A DNA stretch of 64,000 bases from an uncultured Gammaproteobacteria bacterium (GTDB taxonomy: Bacteria > Pseudomonadota > Gammaproteobacteria > CAWCPV01): NCBI GenBank assembly GCA_963797555.1, contig CAWCPV010000014.1:1-64000 (forward strand), read 5' to 3'. The translations under genes were made by a program, and so were the position numbers. Of this stretch, positions 61,647 to 64,000 are shown piece by piece (the first letter of the stretch is position 1; each line of letters opens with the position of its first letter). The notes below the pieces were generated by a model. The model saw only the letters and a list, made by a program, of their open reading frames with translations. It did not search any database and was not told where the DNA came from.

Positions 61647-62504
61647 CTAGCACAGGTGGCTGAAGCGCTGTGGGGTGATTCCCAATCCGTCCAGGGCAGC
61701 CTGGACGCGCGGGCTGGTCAGGGCGTGCAGCTCCGGGTCGTCGACGGGTGCGCACCCGCCTGGCGCAGTGTTGGGATACTCCGCTGCTCCCGGGTGGAAA
61801 TAGATTTCGCTGACCCCATCGGGCAGGCACCGCAGGATGCGCAGCACGGTCTCCTCCGTCATCGCACCGGTGGCGCTGAGGCCGAAGACGAAGTCGTTGC
61901 AGAGCACGCCCGCGCGGCGCAGCCTGCGGCGCAGCAGGGCCATCCAGGGGGCGATGAACAGCGACCAGCCCAGCCTGCGAATCGTGTCGCCGCTGCGCAG
62001 GCAGAGGGCGGCGCCCAGAGGTTCATGGGGCAGGCGCACGGCGCGCAGCCCATGGGCGCGACCGATGCGCAGGATCATCCCGAGCACGGTCGGATGCAGG
62101 TGCATGTGCTTGTGGGCGTTGACGTGGTCCAGGGGCAGCCCGGTGGCCCGGAAGGCCTCGAATTGGGCCTCGATCTCCGCGGCCAACTGGCGGCGCACCC
62201 GCGGCAGGAAGAAGAAACGCACACCCGCGCGCACCATCCGCCGGCCGAAGTTCCCGTCGGCGTCCACGAGATCGGGAACCGCGTCTCTCGGAAGAAGAGG
62301 GCGGCCGTCCACCAGCACCACGTGCAGCCCGACACCCAGGCCGGGCAGGCGCTTTGCTCTGAGCACCGCGTCCGCAGCCGCTTCCGCGCCGACCATGAGG
62401 CTCGCGCAGCGCAGGATGCCTTGGCTATGGGCCAGCTCTACTGCTTCATTTACTGCCGGCGCAAGTCCAAAGTCGTCGGCGGTGACGATGATGTGGCGTG
62501 TCAA
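61647..62504 (-). CDS. hpnK: Hopanoid biosynthesis-associated deacetylase HpnK (YdjC/ChbG family)
   Basis: IVTADDFG, VGLHVVLVDG, LDHVNAHKHMHLHP, EIYFHP. Adjacent to hpnI. Confidence 0.85.
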   Translation of the reverse strand: MTRHIIVTADDFGLAPAVNEAVELAHSQGILRCASLMVGAEAAADAVLRAKRLPGLGVGLHVVLVDGRPLLPRDAVPDLVDADGNFGRRMVRAGVRFFFLPRVRRQLAAEIEAQFEAFRATGLPLDHVNAHKHMHLHPTVLGMILRIGRAHGLRAVRLPHEPLGAALCLRSGDTIRRLGWSLFIAPWMALLRRRLRRAGVLCNDFVFGLSATGAMTEETVLRILRCLPDGVSEIYFHPGAAEYPNTAPGGCAPVDDPELHALTSPRVQAALDGLGITPQRFSHLC

Positions 62505-62545
62505 AGCCGCTTCCGTTACCCGAGCCCGGTCCGTACTGGGATTGA

Positions 62546-63685
62546 TCAGCCCATATGTCCGTCAGGCTGCACCGAAAGGATTCGGCTCCGCCAGACCACG
62601 CGGCGGCTGACGTAGCTGGCGCACCACAGAGCGAAGGACATCACGTCCCGTAAGGGGATCAGCAAGCCCGTGCGGCCAGTATCGAGCCCTAGACTGACCC
62701 GCGCCGCTCCGTGGATGGCGTAACGCAATAGGAGAGCGACGACCGGCAGCCCGGCGGCCCAGGGAAGCCCATGCAGGGCGACGCTCGCGAGGAGGCTGAC
62801 GGGAAGCGCGTAGGTGAGGAACGAAAAAGCATGACCAAGAGGCTGCACGGTGCGGATGGTGCGCATCCAGCGCAGCTCGCGCGAAGCCAACGAGCGCAGG
62901 CTGCTCTCGTGGACGACGGTATCCACAAGGTGGTGGGATAGCACCGTCTGCAGACCCTGCCGTCTCGTCAGCTCGCCGAGCACATAATCGTCGGCGAGGT
63001 GCGACGCGAGGGCTTGAAATCCGCCGATCGATTCGAGCACGGAGCGGCGCAGCGCCAGTGTGGCGCCGAAGGCGAAGGCGGTGGATCCCAGGGCGTGCGC
63101 TACCAGCACCGAGGGAAGGAACCACTCGTTGACGTACAGGGCTCCGAGACGCGCCCAGAAAGTGCCGAGAGGTCGGCCCCGGTAGAGGCACGTGACCACC
63201 CCGACCCGCTCGTCCAGAAGCGGCCCCACTATGGAACGCAGGTAAGTGCGGTCCACGCGGATGTCGCTGTCCGCGATCACCAGGTAGGGGTGACGGGCCG
63301 CCGGCAGCATGTTGGCGAGGTTGCTCACCTTGTGGTTGGTCCCGAGCACGCGGTCGTCCACCACCACCTGGATGTCCCGCTCCGGGAACTCGGAGGCCAC
63401 GCGTCGCGCGACGGGTACTGCCGCGTCGGTGCTGTCCCGCAGGCCGAAGATCACCTGGAGCTGCGGATAATCCTGGTTGCAGAAGGATCGCAGGTTCTCA
63501 TACAGCTCGGGCTCGCAGCCACATAAAGGTTTGAGGACGGTCACGGGGGGCAGCGCGCCTGCCGCCGGCGCCCTGCGCCGCCCCCAGGCGAGCAGTGCCA
63601 GGAGCGCGCCCGCGGCATATGTGAGCGAGGCCGCTGTGATCGCGAGGACCCCCGCTGTCGCTGCCTGCGCCCACAGGTGCGTCAC
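62546..63685 (-). CDS. hpnI: Bacteriohopanetetrol glucosamine biosynthesis glycosyltransferase HpnI
   Basis: PPVTVLKPLCG..LYENLRSFCNQDYP, NHKVSNLANM, IADSDIRV, LADDYVLG, RELRWMRTIR. Confidence 0.85.
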   Translation of the reverse strand: MTHLWAQAATAGVLAITAASLTYAAGALLALLAWGRRRAPAAGALPPVTVLKPLCGCEPELYENLRSFCNQDYPQLQVIFGLRDSTDAAVPVARRVASEFPERDIQVVVDDRVLGTNHKVSNLANMLPAARHPYLVIADSDIRVDRTYLRSIVGPLLDERVGVVTCLYRGRPLGTFWARLGALYVNEWFLPSVLVAHALGSTAFAFGATLALRRSVLESIGGFQALASHLADDYVLGELTRRQGLQTVLSHHLVDTVVHESSLRSLASRELRWMRTIRTVQPLGHAFSFLTYALPVSLLASVALHGLPWAAGLPVVALLLRYAIHGAARVSLGLDTGRTGLLIPLRDVMSFALWCASYVSRRVVWRSRILSVQPDGHMG

Positions 63686-64000
63686 CCGCCGTCCTCAATC
63701 CAGAGCGGCGATGGCAAGATGTGCGGAGCGGGCGGAACAGGCGGTGCCTGGGTGTCTGGCTCGATGAAGATGCAGCAGCATCTCGTAGAACCCGCGAATG
63801 CGCTCGACCTAACGCATGCCTGATGGCCCTGAGTGCAGCCGGTCCGGACCGTTGAATACCACCGGCGCTGGGCGGCTCCCAACAGCAGGTCCTAGGACGG
63901 CGCTCGCGAACAGGCGCAGGGGGCGATACCTTTCATGCTAAGATAAAACGCCTGCGGCGACAGCAGCGCGACGGGTGTCCCAATTCGGAGAGGTACCGAA

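Noticed and set aside
1-64000. tRNA, rRNA or prophage genes
   Set aside because: None recognisable by eye. The DGR has no phage structural genes nearby and appears cellular.

Overview
High-GC bacterial window, probably proteobacterial (hopanoid genes, E. coli-type complex I). It mixes housekeeping blocks with heavily rearranged accessory DNA. The main find is a complete diversity-generating retroelement (DGR) on the minus strand at about 5.7-11.3 kb, ordered target2-avd-RT-TR-target1. One 125-bp template repeat (7804-7928) matches two variable repeats (5796-5920 and 9492-9617), with mismatches almost only at TR adenines. Each VR is followed by a shared IMH and an identical hairpin. Both targets are predicted exported caspase-family (C14) proteases fused to an FGE-sulfatase/CLec domain, and they sit next to TPR-CHAT genes. 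The window also holds a FIST plus PAS-GGDEF-EAL pair, an RHS toxin tip split by an ISL3 element (8-bp TSD), six toxin-antitoxin modules (one resembles an integron cassette), a nuoA-N operon with fused nuoCD, rhlE, a decayed ISL3, a GT2/NodS-like/deacetylase/ABC glycan cluster, a flavin amine oxidase-cNMP fusion with a partial duplicate, hpnI-hpnK, and many orphan gene 3' ends. Single-base frameshifts are pervasive, even in nuoL/M/N, so many are probably sequencing or assembly errors. All family assignments come from motif recognition by eye, not from database searches.
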